DNA of 64,000 bases from Gemmatimonadota bacterium (GTDB lineage: Bacteria > Gemmatimonadota > Gemmatimonadetes > Longimicrobiales > Gaopeijiaceae). Shown here one piece after another: positions 28,476 to 38,742 of the stretch. Position numbers and translations under genes: made by a program. A model generated the notes under the pieces. That model was given only the letters and a program-made list of their open reading frames with translations, was not told the DNA's origin and made no database searches. The stretch lies in the NCBI GenBank assembly GCA_034521595.1, contig JAXHMG010000003.1:672001-736000 (forward strand), given 5' to 3'. Numbering within the stretch: position 1 is the first letter of the stretch; each line of letters begins with the position of its first letter.

Positions 28476-31400
28476 TCAGGCGGCCGCGGACCGGGCCGAG
28501 CGAAGGGTCTCGAGCGCGATCGTGACGGTTTCCATGATGGGTTCCGAGCCGACGCGCTCGAGCTGCACGGACAACGGGCTCATCCGGAGCACCTCGGCGT
28601 GGGCCTGGCGTTTCCGAAGCGGGCCTTCGAGCACCGTCAGCTTCGGGACCACCCCCTCGCGGAAGGTGATCCGCGCGGAACCCTCGCGAACGAGGATCCG
28701 TTCCACGCCCAACGTGCGTCCGAGCACCCGGAGTAGGGTTGCATCGAGCATCCGGACGGCTTCGTCCGGGAGGGCGCCGAAGCGGTCCGCCAACTCCTCG
28801 CGTACGGCTTCGACTTCGTCCGGTCGCTCCACTTTCGAGAGGCGGCGATACAGGTGCAGCTTCTGACTCTCGTCGGCGATGTAGTCGTCGGGCAGGAGCG
28901 TCGCACCGGGCAACGACACGTCCGGATCCGACCAGCTCTCGGTGGACTCTCCGCTCTTGAGGCGATCGACCGTCTTGTGGAGCAGCCGCATGTACGCGTC
29001 GAGGCCGATCTGGTTCGCGAACCCGGACTGGTCCGCCCCCAGCAGGTTTCCCGCGCCGCGGAGCTCCAAGTCACGAAGCGCCACCGCATACCCCGAGCCG
29101 AGCTCCGTGTAGTGCTCGAGGACTCGAAGGCGACGCTCGGCGTCGTCCGTGACGTTCTCCGGGACGATGAGGTAACAGTACGCGCGCCGGTCCGAGCGTC
29201 CGACGCGGCCTCGGATCTGGTAGAGCTGTGAGAGCCCGAATCGGTCGGCGGCGTCCACGATGAGCGTGTTGGCGTTCGGCACGTCGAGGCCGTTCTCGAT
29301 GATCGACGAGCAGACGAGGATGTCCAGCTCTCCGTCGACGAAGGCGCGCATGACCTCGTCCAACTCGCCGCTCGCCATCTGTCCGTGGGCTACCCCCGTG
29401 CGCGCTTCGGGCACCAGGGCACGGATCTCTTCGGCGATCGTGTAGATCGTCTCGATCCGGTTGTGGAGGAAGAAGGCTTGTCCGCCACGGTCGAGCTCCC
29501 GGTGCAGCGCTTCGGCGAGGAGGTGGTCGGACCACGGGAGCACGTGCGTGAAGACGGGCATGCGGTCCCGTGGCGGCGTGCGGATGAGGGAGAGGTCTCG
29601 AATCCCCGACAGGGAGAGATAGAGCGTCCTCGGAATGGGTGTCGCCGTGAGAGTCAGGACGTCGATGGAGGAGCGAAGCTTCTTGAGGCGCTCCTTGTGC
29701 TTCACACCGAACCTCTGCTCCTCGTCCACGATGAGGAGGCCGAGGTCGCGGAAGACGACATCCTCGGAGAGCAATCGATGGGTCCCGATGACGATGTCGA
29801 GTGACCCTTCGGCTGCGGCGGCCAACAGGTCCCGTCGTTCCGCCGCCGAGCGAAAGCGGCTCAACGACCCGATGCGGACCGGGTAATCGGCGAGGCGCTC
29901 CTCGAACGTGTGCCGGTGCTGCTCCGCCAGGATCGTCGTCGGCGCCAGCACGGCGACCTGCTTGCCGTCCTGGACCGCCTTGAACGCGGCTCGGATGGCG
30001 ACCTCCGTCTTCCCGTAGCCCACGTCTCCGCAGACCAGCCGGTCCATCGGCTTCGCGGACTCCATGTCCCGCTTCACGTCTTCCGCCGCCTGCCGTTGAT
30101 CCGGGGTGTCCTCGTAGAGAAACGAGGATTCCATTTCCATCTGCCAACGGGTGTCGGGAGAGAAGGCGTAGCCCGAAGCGTCCTCACGCTGAGCATAGAG
30201 CTCCAGGAGCTCGGTCGTCATCTGTTCGATGACCTGTTCGGTCTTGCGCCGCAGCGTCTTCCATCGCTTCCCGCCGATACGGTGGAGCGCCGCCGGACGG
30301 GCATCGTCTGTGGCGCCCACCCACCGTTCGATGAGATCGAGCCGGTAGACCGGGAGGCGGAGGACCTCGCCTCCCGCGTACTCGATGGCAAGGACCTCGA
30401 TCTCTTCCCCGGCGACGTCGATATGCTCGAGGCCGACGAAGCGTCCGATGCCGTGGTCCATGTGGACTACATGGTCGCCGGGAGTGAGCTGTGCCAAGCT
30501 CTCGAGCGCGACCGCTCCGCGGAACCGGCGGCTCCGGCGCACGCGCCGGGGCCGCCGGAAGATCTCGTGATCGTTGAGCACACGGAGGGGCGAGGCGCCA
30601 CAGCGGAGCTCGAAGCCCTCCTGGAGCGAGCCGAGGGCCACCCTGGTGCCCTCCGGGATACGCTCGACTCCGCCCAGGATCTCCTCCAGGCGTTGGAGCT
30701 GGCCGTCGTTGTCACAGAGCAGAAGCGTTTCCGCGTCGTCGCGGGCGCCGTCCGTCAGGTACGACTCCAGTCGACCCATGTCCCGATCGATCGCCGGTGG
30801 TGCGGAAGATGGCAGGACGTGCTCGGCGCTCTCGTTCTCGCTGAGCACCAGGCGGGGCATGGCGTCCATCAAGCGTGCCATCTCTTCCGGCGGCACGAAC
30901 AGAGTCTCGGGACGGGGGACGGCGGCACCGGACTCGACCAGATCGTCATGGAGCGTGTTGACGCGTCCCCACGTTTGACCGGCTTCCTCGGTGAGCGTCC
31001 AATCACCGTGTCTCGTCAGAACCGCATCGCCGGGCAGAAGCTCGAGGAGCGAGCGGGTCACGGTATGTTCGCCTTCCGTTTCGGATCGGCGGAAGTCCAC
31101 GGGGAGCACGTGGGCCTCGCTCAGCGTTCCGGTCGAGCGCTGATCGAGCAGATCGAAGGTCCGGATGGATGCGATCTGATCCCCCCAGAACTCGAAGCGG
31201 ACCGGCTCGCCGGCCGCTACCGAAAAGAGGTCGAGAATCCCTCCCCGGACCGCGAACTGGCCCACTTCCTCCACGAGCGGAACGCGCTCGAATCCCCAGG
31301 ACTCGAGCTGCTCCAGCAATTCCGTGAAGTCGATTTCGTCTTCGAGGCGAAGCGTCCGGCGCACGTCCGCGAGGTCCGAGGGGACCGGCATGCGTTCCTG

Positions 31401-31790
31401 GAGCCCGCGCGGCGTGGTGACCAGGATCCGGGCGCGCCCGGAGAAGACGGCCTCCACCGCTTCGACGCGTAGCCCGCCGATTTCGAGGTGGGGCTCCGCC
31501 TCTTCGTAGGGGAGGGCTTCCTTCTGGGGGAAGAGGTGAGTGGTCGTGTCCGAGCCGAGAAGCACCTCGAAGTCGGCGACCACTCCGGTCGCCGACTGTG
31601 GATCCGGTGTGACGAATACGAAGATTCGCTGCGGGTGCGCTCGATGGAGGGCCGCAACGACGGCGGGGCCGAGGGACCCGTGCGCACCGCCCAGAGTGAC
31701 GGCCGCTCCGGGTCGGGGCGGGGCCGACGCGACCGCCCGTAGGGCGGGACACGCGGCAACCGTGGTGAGGATTGGATCAGGGAGCGCCAT
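28476..31790 (-). CDS. mfd: Transcription-repair coupling factor
   Basis: GDVGYGKTEV, DEEQRFG, TATPIPRT, QIRGRVGRS, RGAGNLLG; start MALPDP. Confidence 0.97.
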   Translation of the reverse strand: MALPDPILTTVAACPALRAVASAPPRPGAAVTLGGAHGSLGPAVVAALHRAHPQRIFVFVTPDPQSATGVVADFEVLLGSDTTTHLFPQKEALPYEEAEPHLEIGGLRVEAVEAVFSGRARILVTTPRGLQERMPVPSDLADVRRTLRLEDEIDFTELLEQLESWGFERVPLVEEVGQFAVRGGILDLFSVAAGEPVRFEFWGDQIASIRTFDLLDQRSTGTLSEAHVLPVDFRRSETEGEHTVTRSLLELLPGDAVLTRHGDWTLTEEAGQTWGRVNTLHDDLVESGAAVPRPETLFVPPEEMARLMDAMPRLVLSENESAEHVLPSSAPPAIDRDMGRLESYLTDGARDDAETLLLCDNDGQLQRLEEILGGVERIPEGTRVALGSLQEGFELRCGASPLRVLNDHEIFRRPRRVRRSRRFRGAVALESLAQLTPGDHVVHMDHGIGRFVGLEHIDVAGEEIEVLAIEYAGGEVLRLPVYRLDLIERWVGATDDARPAALHRIGGKRWKTLRRKTEQVIEQMTTELLELYAQREDASGYAFSPDTRWQMEMESSFLYEDTPDQRQAAEDVKRDMESAKPMDRLVCGDVGYGKTEVAIRAAFKAVQDGKQVAVLAPTTILAEQHRHTFEERLADYPVRIGSLSRFRSAAERRDLLAAAAEGSLDIVIGTHRLLSEDVVFRDLGLLIVDEEQRFGVKHKERLKKLRSSIDVLTLTATPIPRTLYLSLSGIRDLSLIRTPPRDRMPVFTHVLPWSDHLLAEALHRELDRGGQAFFLHNRIETIYTIAEEIRALVPEARTGVAHGQMASGELDEVMRAFVDGELDILVCSSIIENGLDVPNANTLIVDAADRFGLSQLYQIRGRVGRSDRRAYCYLIVPENVTDDAERRLRVLEHYTELGSGYAVALRDLELRGAGNLLGADQSGFANQIGLDAYMRLLHKTVDRLKSGESTESWSDPDVSLPGATLLPDDYIADESQKLHLYRRLSKVERPDEVEAVREELADRFGALPDEAVRMLDATLLRVLGRTLGVERILVREGSARITFREGVVPKLTVLEGPLRKRQAHAEVLRMSPLSVQLERVGSEPIMETVTIALETLRSARSAAA

Positions 31791-33717
31791 GAGGTGCCGG
31801 CATGTGGTTTCGGTTGGCTTGCTTCGGGATGCGGACCCGTCCCGCGGCCGCGAGCACGGGCTCGGCGAGGAGGACGAAGACGGCGAGCAGGAGCAACACC
31901 CACCAGAGCTCGGGCCCACGTCGGTCGTGGAAGATCTCGTCCGACCACGCTTCGAGGTCCGAGGCGACCCTGACGTCGCGGGCGATGCGCTCTCGGGCCA
32001 GGCTGGCGTCCAGGGGATGGAGGTCGGATTCTGCGGCGGGCGGGTTCACTGAGGCGACGGCTACCACCGAGTCCTCTTCGAGGAAGGTGTAGTGCCCGGA
32101 GATCCCGGTCGTCGCTACGGATCTGGTTCCGTCGATCTCGAGGCGGGCCCCGTCCGGCGTGCGCACATGGGTGGCGCCTCGGGGGGCGGGGATTCGCTCA
32201 CCGGTGAGATGCCCCGGGTTGGTGCGGCCGGCTCCCGCCCACCCGACCGCGACCCAGTCCAGGAACCGGACGAGCCCGGGGGAGAGGGGGAGCGACGACG
32301 AGCCCGCGTCGAGGGGCGAAGCGAGGAGCAAGACCTCGTGACCACTGGCCGTCTCGGTTTCCACGGCCCAGGGGGTGCCCGCGATCTCGGCCAGCACCCG
32401 GCTCGGAACCCGTGCATCGTCGCTCGCCTGTAGCTCGAACCAGCGTTCCACCGTGGTTTCGGCGAGACCGGAGGGAAGGTCCGGACCCGTGAGCTCGGCG
32501 GCCCCGGATACCGTGCGTTCGCCGTAGCTCCACGGAATTCCCGCATCCCGGAGCCTACGGTTCAAGGCAGGTCGTAGCGTGGGGTCTACAGGAGGTAGGA
32601 CCAGAGCCGCACTACCCGCCGAGAGCCCCTGTAGCCCATTACCCGTGACCGCGATGGTGACGTCCGGCGGACCGATCGAGCCCGTTCGTACGCGCCCCGC
32701 TTCCTCGAGCACCGCCATGGCTTCGAGCACGAACCGGTCCGGGTCCCCACGAACGGCGGTCGCCGGGGCAGGCCTGGACCGATACGCGAAGTACCGTCGA
32801 TCATCGATGCTCAATTGGTCGGGATCGATCGCCACGGTGCCTACGACCCATGCGGTGTCCGACGGCGGAAGCGTCAGGGTCGTGGCGTTGCCGGGCGCGA
32901 GGTTCGCGGCAGCGCGCACGCGCCCGTCGACCAGTGCGCGGACGCCGATGGGATCCCCTCCTTCCGGTCCGGCGATCCGGACGGAGATCTCCGCGCTCTG
33001 GCCCTGGATGGGTGGGAGCCCTCCGGCCACGACTGCTTCGACGACCGCGTGATTGTCGGTGGCTTCCGGCGTTCGAGTCCAGACGGTCACCGGAACCGAC
33101 GCCGGTTGGGCATCCCGCGCGCTGAATCCGCTGCGTTGGAGGTCCGTGATGAGGTGGATCTCGCGGCTCTGGTACTCGGACGTCGCCAGGAGGTCCTCCG
33201 CGCGGTCCAGGGATGCCGAGAGATCTCCGCGGGCGTGACTCACGCGGGTTTCCCGCACGGTGCGACGCCCGTCCGCGGGGCTCTGTGGCACGGCGGGACG
33301 CCACGGCTCGCCGGCGCGGATCACCCAGACGAGGTCGTCGGGGGTCGCCGCGCGCAGGCTTCGCTCCGCCACGCGCTTCAGGACGTCGAGGACCCGCTCC
33401 TCGTCGACCACGAGCCCCGTGCTCATGGAGTTGTCGAGGACGATCACGACGGCCGTGGGAGGGTGGGCGGACCCGGGAGCCGAGAGGAACGGGCGGGCGC
33501 CGGCCGCGACCAGCAGGACGAGCGCGAGGACACGAGCCAGCAGGAGCAGGATCTGCCGGAAACGGATCTCGCGAGAGTGCTCGCGCTCCGTGCGCTCGAG
33601 GTACCGGAGGGCGGGGAAGCTCAGGCGCGCGGTTCGGCGCTGTTGGAACAAGTGGAGCACGACGGGGACCGCCACCGAGACGGCCGCCGCGAGGAACCAG
33701 GGATTGAGGAAGCTCAT
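31777..33717 (-). CDS. BatA N-terminal / vWA domain membrane protein
   Basis: MSFLNPWFL..PVVLHL..FPALRYL; DNSMS MIDAS motif; C-terminal TM. Confidence 0.82.
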   Translation of the reverse strand: MSFLNPWFLAAAVSVAVPVVLHLFQQRRTARLSFPALRYLERTEREHSREIRFRQILLLLARVLALVLLVAAGARPFLSAPGSAHPPTAVVIVLDNSMSTGLVVDEERVLDVLKRVAERSLRAATPDDLVWVIRAGEPWRPAVPQSPADGRRTVRETRVSHARGDLSASLDRAEDLLATSEYQSREIHLITDLQRSGFSARDAQPASVPVTVWTRTPEATDNHAVVEAVVAGGLPPIQGQSAEISVRIAGPEGGDPIGVRALVDGRVRAAANLAPGNATTLTLPPSDTAWVVGTVAIDPDQLSIDDRRYFAYRSRPAPATAVRGDPDRFVLEAMAVLEEAGRVRTGSIGPPDVTIAVTGNGLQGLSAGSAALVLPPVDPTLRPALNRRLRDAGIPWSYGERTVSGAAELTGPDLPSGLAETTVERWFELQASDDARVPSRVLAEIAGTPWAVETETASGHEVLLLASPLDAGSSSLPLSPGLVRFLDWVAVGWAGAGRTNPGHLTGERIPAPRGATHVRTPDGARLEIDGTRSVATTGISGHYTFLEEDSVVAVASVNPPAAESDLHPLDASLARERIARDVRVASDLEAWSDEIFHDRRGPELWWVLLLLAVFVLLAEPVLAAAGRVRIPKQANRNHMPAPHGAP

Positions 33718-33730
33718 CGCTCGCCTCGAC

Positions 33731-34660
33731 TCATCCGAGCCGCTCCCTTTTTCGCAGGTACGCCCGTAGCGCCGATCCGAGGGGGCGGCTCGTGTCCACC
33801 ACCTCGTAGTCGATTCCGTGCGGTCGAAGCTCCCGCCGCCATTCCTCCAACGCGCTGTCCACCGCTTCGCGATATTCGTTGCGTACGTCCGCGACGCTCA
33901 CCAGCAGCTCTCTCCCGCTCTCCGGGTCGTAAAACCGTGCTTCCGAAGCAGCGGGAAGCTCCCGCTCGCCCGGATCCAGAAGATGGAACACGAGCACCTC
34001 GTGTCCCTGATGCCTCAGGTATTTGAGCGCCGTCAGGGTCTCTTCACGCTCGACCAGCATGTCGGAGAAGAGGATCACGAGGCCTCGCCGTCGCATCCGG
34101 ACGGCCATGTCCCGCAGCGCTCCTTCGGCCGAAGTGCCGCCTACGGCCTCGAGCTCACCCAGGGTTCGCGCCAGCTCTCTCCATTGCGCCCGACCACCGC
34201 GCGGCGTCACACGGGCAGCGACATGGTCGTGGAAAGCGGTGAGCCCGACGGCGTCGCCCTGGCGGATCAGGATCATGCCGAGGGACGCGGCCAGGAGCTT
34301 CGCGTACCAGAGCTTATCCGGTAGCTCGCCCGGCCGAGAGCTCCAACCCATCGAGTCACTGGTATCGAGGAGCAGGTACGCCCGGAGGTTGGTCTCCTCC
34401 TCGAACTGCTTCACGTAGTAGCGGTCGGAGCGGCCGAACATGCGCCAATCGATATAGCGCAGGTCGTCGCCGGGCTGGTAGGCCCTGAGCTCCGCGAACT
34501 CCGCCGAGAACCCTCGGTGCGGGGAGCGGTGGAGCCCCATCAGGAAGCCTTCGACGACGTGTCGCGCGACGAGCTCGACCCCACCGAGCTTCGAGAGGGC
34601 CACGGGGTCGAGCAGATCGAGCCGAGCGCCGCCTCCGGCGCGGTTCCGCGTGTTTTCCAT
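33731..34660 (-). CDS. DUF58 (vWA-like, MoxR-associated) protein
   Basis: GLHRSPHRGFSAEFAELRAYQPGDDLRYIDW, DTSDS. Confidence 0.9.
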   Translation of the reverse strand: MENTRNRAGGGARLDLLDPVALSKLGGVELVARHVVEGFLMGLHRSPHRGFSAEFAELRAYQPGDDLRYIDWRMFGRSDRYYVKQFEEETNLRAYLLLDTSDSMGWSSRPGELPDKLWYAKLLAASLGMILIRQGDAVGLTAFHDHVAARVTPRGGRAQWRELARTLGELEAVGGTSAEGALRDMAVRMRRRGLVILFSDMLVEREETLTALKYLRHQGHEVLVFHLLDPGERELPAASEARFYDPESGRELLVSVADVRNEYREAVDSALEEWRRELRPHGIDYEVVDTSRPLGSALRAYLRKRERLG

Positions 34661-34826
34661 CTTGGCAGTGCAAGCTACCCGAGAAGGGGGGTCTGCTCAA
34701 CGGGCGCCGTGCCGGGTCGGGGTCCGCTCCGGGATTCCGGGACCGAGTCGAGGCGAAGGGGGGTACGCGGTACACGGGCCGCACCACGATACGAATTCGG
34801 CGAGCACCGGCTGCCGGGGAGGACGC

Positions 34827-36182
34827 ATGAAACTCGTGACGTCACTGACCACCCTCGCGATCCTCTTTGGATCGAGCGCCGGGGCTTCACAGGCCGGTCC
34901 CGCTCCCGATGCCGTGGAGGCGAGGCTCTGGCTCGATCGGGGCGACGAGGTGGTCGTCCAGCGCGGGGAGCGGCTACGCATCCGCTACAGGACATCCGAG
35001 GATGCGTTCATGGCGATCTTCCGGATCGACACCGACGGCCGCGTCTCCCTCCTTCACCCCTCCGACCCTCGTGACGACGGCTACGTTCGCGGAGGCCGGG
35101 ACGAGTCCCTGGTGCTCGCGCAGTCGCCGTTCTGGACGGTCCGGGACGACCCGGGCGTGGGCTACCTGTTCATGGTCGCCTCACCCGAGCCGCTCGACTT
35201 CTCGCGCTTCGAGTACCACCGCGACCTGGGGTGGGACCTGAGCTCCGTGGGAGCGTTCGTCTACGACGACCCGTACCTCGCGATGGACGACTTCGTGGCC
35301 GCGCTGATTCCGGACTGGGAGGTCGTCCCGTACGGGCTCGATTTCGTCACCTATCATGTGGGTGAGCCGCGGAGCTATCCGCGATTCCTCTGCTACGATT
35401 GCCACACCTCCCGGAGCTTCCAGACGTGGAATCCCTATGCGGCCATGTGCTCGTCGTACCGGATCGTGATCTACGACGATCCGTACTTCTATCCGGGGTA
35501 TCGCTATGCGGGGACCCGGGTGGTCTTCCCCCGCCCGATCCGGGATCGCCCGCGGTATGAGGTGGCCGAGCGTCGGCCCACGGAGGCGTGGGCCCCGATC
35601 GTGCGGGTGCGCGAGGCCCCCGGGCGTCCAGCGGAGTTCAAGGAGACCCCGACGACCAACGCACGGAGCCGGCGACGCGCGGTGCGGACCGTCCCGAGCG
35701 GATCGGCGCCAGCAGCCGGAGGGAGCGCGCGTCGGCGGAGCGGCGATGACGCCCCCGCCGCGACCGGTTCCCGTGCGTCGCCGTCCTCGGGCAGGAGCGT
35801 GCGTTCCGCCCCCGCCGCGCGACGAGGTTCGGCCGGGTCGGAGGACGCCGCTCGCGGCGGCTCGGCGACACGTCGCCCGACCCGGGGCGTGCGTGGAGCC
35901 AGGAGCGCGGAGACGCGCCCGTCCGCGACCAGCAGACGTGAGCGTCCGGCCACCCGGTCCCGCCCCAGCGCGGGCAGCCGACCCGCTGAGGCGACGAGGG
36001 GGCGGGCCCGGCCTTCGACACCCTCGGCCACCGGACGGAGGGGCGGGTCCGCCCGGTCCGGCGGGGAGCGGCGTCCGGCACGCGCCGTGCGGCCCCCGAG
36101 CCGATCCGCCAGCCCGCCGTCGGGCTCGCCGAGCCCGCGCCGCCCCGCTCGTGCCCGCTCGCCCGGGCCGGGTGGCGGCTGA
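34827..36182 (+). CDS. Secreted DUF4384-like protein with Arg/Ser/Ala/Pro-rich tail
   Basis: Signal peptide; GERLRIRYRTSEDAFMAIFRIDTDGRVSLLHP; CYDCH; low-complexity C-terminus; GGAGG RBS. Confidence 0.7.
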   Translation: MKLVTSLTTLAILFGSSAGASQAGPAPDAVEARLWLDRGDEVVVQRGERLRIRYRTSEDAFMAIFRIDTDGRVSLLHPSDPRDDGYVRGGRDESLVLAQSPFWTVRDDPGVGYLFMVASPEPLDFSRFEYHRDLGWDLSSVGAFVYDDPYLAMDDFVAALIPDWEVVPYGLDFVTYHVGEPRSYPRFLCYDCHTSRSFQTWNPYAAMCSSYRIVIYDDPYFYPGYRYAGTRVVFPRPIRDRPRYEVAERRPTEAWAPIVRVREAPGRPAEFKETPTTNARSRRRAVRTVPSGSAPAAGGSARRRSGDDAPAATGSRASPSSGRSVRSAPAARRGSAGSEDAARGGSATRRPTRGVRGARSAETRPSATSRRERPATRSRPSAGSRPAEATRGRARPSTPSATGRRGGSARSGGERRPARAVRPPSRSASPPSGSPSPRRPARARSPGPGGG

Positions 36183-36194
36183 TCGCGTGGACAC

Positions 36195-36234
36195 GAAGAG
36201 GCCCCGGTGCTCCGCGGAGCACCGGGGCCTCTTC
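36195..36234. terminator. Perfect 40-bp palindrome between convergent genes (bidirectional terminator-like)
   Basis: GAAGAGGCCCCGGTGCTCCG|CGGAGCACCGGGGCCTCTTC. Confidence 0.65.
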
Positions 36235-36289
36235 ACGACCGTCTTTCCCAGCGGCGTGCCGAAGACGGGACGTCTCCGGCTTCTCGCTC

Positions 36290-37594
36290 CTACCGGTTCC
36301 CGAAGGAGAGCGTGAACTGGACCAGGGACGTCTGGTCGATCTCATCCCCGTCCCGGAGCGCACCCGCGACCGAGAGGTTCACCGGGCCCAGCAGGAGCGT
36401 GGTCCCACCGCTGAGTTGCGTGCCGCCGGAAACCAACCCGAGACCCGCCCGCAGATGTATGAGCCTCAGCCCTCGCCATTCGCCGCCCACGCCGAGGTGG
36501 GAGCGGGGTCCGATGTCGAGCCCCTCTTCGCTCACCCGGTGGTGGATGTCCGCCGAGACGGTCAGATCCATCGGAAAGTCCATCGCCGCACCGGCGCGCA
36601 GCGTCGGCTTGAACGTATAGTCGTCCACGACGGCCCGCAGGTCGGCCGGCGCTCCGGAGTACGGAGCCTCGTCGAAGTCCGATTCGGCGGAGCCCTGCTC
36701 GACGAACGCGGTTCCCGGCCGGTACGAGAGCGTTTCCACGTCCCAGGCGAAGGTGTTGAACAGGTTGATGATCGAGGCCCCGATGCGGACGGCCGGCAGG
36801 TCCATCATGAAGCCGACGTCGGCTCCGAACCCGTTTCCGTTGTTGCCGAGGCGCTCTGTACAGCTCCCGAGCACCGCATCGTCGCACGGAGCGACGGCCG
36901 GGCTCTCGAGCTCGATTCGGACCGGGTCGGTGGAGATGGAGCCGGACGACGCTCGGGCGACCGCGAGGCCGTGGCCCACGGTGTACTTGCCCGTCACGCC
37001 GAGCATCGCCGGTCCGACCGGGAAGGCGTAGCTCAGGGCCCCGGTCGTGCTGGCGAAGGCGTCTACACCGAGTCCCGTGAGATCCAGATCCGTGGCTTCA
37101 CCGGTTCGTCCGGCGTTGCCGTACAGGTAGGCCTCCGCCGCACCCGAGGGGAGCGTGAAGGCCGTCGAGCCGCTCGTGGATACCTGAAGGCCGAAGTTCC
37201 CGAGCGTCAGCGCGAGCTCGGAGACGTCGGCGCCCGCCTGAGCCGACTGGCCGCCGGCGGCCGTGATCGCGGAGAGCCACTCTTCCTTGACGGCGTCCGG
37301 CACCACGACGCCCTGATACTCGTGGAGGTCCGAGAGCTTGACCGGGCCGAAGCCGGCGCGTGCCTGCACGGGCACGAGCGCGAGGCTGAAGCCCGAGCCC
37401 GGCATGCCGAGTCCCGCAGGGTTGACGCTGATCGCGCCGAAGCCGCGGACGGTGGCGGTATGCGCGCCCGAAAGGGCGAGCGTGGAAGCACTGGCCTCGG
37501 CGAGCTGGGCCTGTGCGCGGTGCGTTCCGAGTCCGAGGGCGACAGTGGTGACGACCACCGCGGTCACCCGACGGAGTGCGTTCATATTGGTCAT
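36290..37594 (-). CDS. Outer-membrane beta-barrel protein (FadL/TraF/DUF5723-like)
   Basis: Signal peptide; N-terminal NPAGL motif; GFGADVG, LRAG strands; C-terminal FTLSF. Confidence 0.65.
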   Translation of the reverse strand: MTNMNALRRVTAVVVTTVALGLGTHRAQAQLAEASASTLALSGAHTATVRGFGAISVNPAGLGMPGSGFSLALVPVQARAGFGPVKLSDLHEYQGVVVPDAVKEEWLSAITAAGGQSAQAGADVSELALTLGNFGLQVSTSGSTAFTLPSGAAEAYLYGNAGRTGEATDLDLTGLGVDAFASTTGALSYAFPVGPAMLGVTGKYTVGHGLAVARASSGSISTDPVRIELESPAVAPCDDAVLGSCTERLGNNGNGFGADVGFMMDLPAVRIGASIINLFNTFAWDVETLSYRPGTAFVEQGSAESDFDEAPYSGAPADLRAVVDDYTFKPTLRAGAAMDFPMDLTVSADIHHRVSEEGLDIGPRSHLGVGGEWRGLRLIHLRAGLGLVSGGTQLSGGTTLLLGPVNLSVAGALRDGDEIDQTSLVQFTLSFGNR

Positions 37595-37605
37595 GGGTGG
37601 TCTCC

Positions 37606-38622
37606 TCAACCGATTTCGAGCGTGACGTCGAGCGTGGCGTCGATGTTCATTTCCTGGCCGGGCTGGATCGTGACCGAGGTCCCGTTCGCCGTGCCGCTCC
37701 CGGAGAAGAACACGTTCGGCTGGCCGACGAAGGACCGGAGCTCGTCACCCGTGTAGTCGAGCGTGACGGTCGAAGGGCCGCTCCCGGCGATGGAGAACGT
37801 CTTCGACGTGCTCCCGATCTCGACGGAGCCGTCCACCGAGACCGAGAACGGGTTGATCACGTCGAGGACGATCGAGCCCGCGACGATGCGGTCGGTCACA
37901 TCGGCGTCGATGTCTTCGAGGTCGATGGCTTGGTCCTCGAAGCTCACGGTCTGGTTTCCGACGTCGACCGTGACCGAGCTCACCAGGAGGGACGTGACCT
38001 CGGCCGAGACCTCGATGATGTCGCTCACGTCGATCACGGCCGTCTGGCCGCCGGGCGCGTCCACCGCGACGGTCGCGCGAAGCGGACCGGTGAGCGTCAC
38101 GGGGGAGAGGTCGATGGTGCGGAGCACGGTGGTGTCCGCGGGGAGTGGCTCGGTCGCCCCGTCCAGGGTGACCTCGCCGAGGACGTCGCCGGAGAGATCG
38201 TCGGCGATCGTGACGACCATCGTGCCGCCGTTCTCGAGCGGGTCGAAGGAGAAGCCGTTGATGATCGAGAGATCGATGGAGCCTCCGGTGACCTCGGCAG
38301 AGATCACTTCGGTGGGTAGCGCCTGGGTCTCGACGAAGTCCTCCTCGAAGGCCGGGACCGGCGCGGTCGTGCCGTCGACCAACGCGCACTCCGGGCACAG
38401 CTCGCCGAGCGTCGCCGAGGCCGCGACCGGATCGATCGAGATGTCGAACGCGTCGCCCACGGTGGAGACGGCGTCCGGTAGGAGCTCGTCCACGGACAGG
38501 GTGGTTTCGTCCACCGGGACCATCCACCGCTGCTCCACGATCGGGGGCTCGGTGGGGACGTCACATCCCGTGGCAACGGTGAGCGCGGCCGCGACCGCGA
38601 ATATCGCGCGCGGAGGGTTCAT
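37606..38622 (-). CDS. Acidic beta-rich lipoprotein
   Basis: MNPPRAIFAVAAALTVATGC lipobox; D/E/T/V-rich; GGAG RBS. Confidence 0.75.
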   Translation of the reverse strand: MNPPRAIFAVAAALTVATGCDVPTEPPIVEQRWMVPVDETTLSVDELLPDAVSTVGDAFDISIDPVAASATLGELCPECALVDGTTAPVPAFEEDFVETQALPTEVISAEVTGGSIDLSIINGFSFDPLENGGTMVVTIADDLSGDVLGEVTLDGATEPLPADTTVLRTIDLSPVTLTGPLRATVAVDAPGGQTAVIDVSDIIEVSAEVTSLLVSSVTVDVGNQTVSFEDQAIDLEDIDADVTDRIVAGSIVLDVINPFSVSVDGSVEIGSTSKTFSIAGSGPSTVTLDYTGDELRSFVGQPNVFFSGSGTANGTSVTIQPGQEMNIDATLDVTLEIG

Positions 38623-38742
38623 TTTCGACTCCGTGAATGTCGTTCTGGTTTCGGGGGGAGGCCGGAGAGGTCCGGACGAGCGAAGGCTCCGGTTACGATT
38701 CGTGCTCCTGCTCGTCGCCACCGGAAAGCGCTGGACGAGGCA

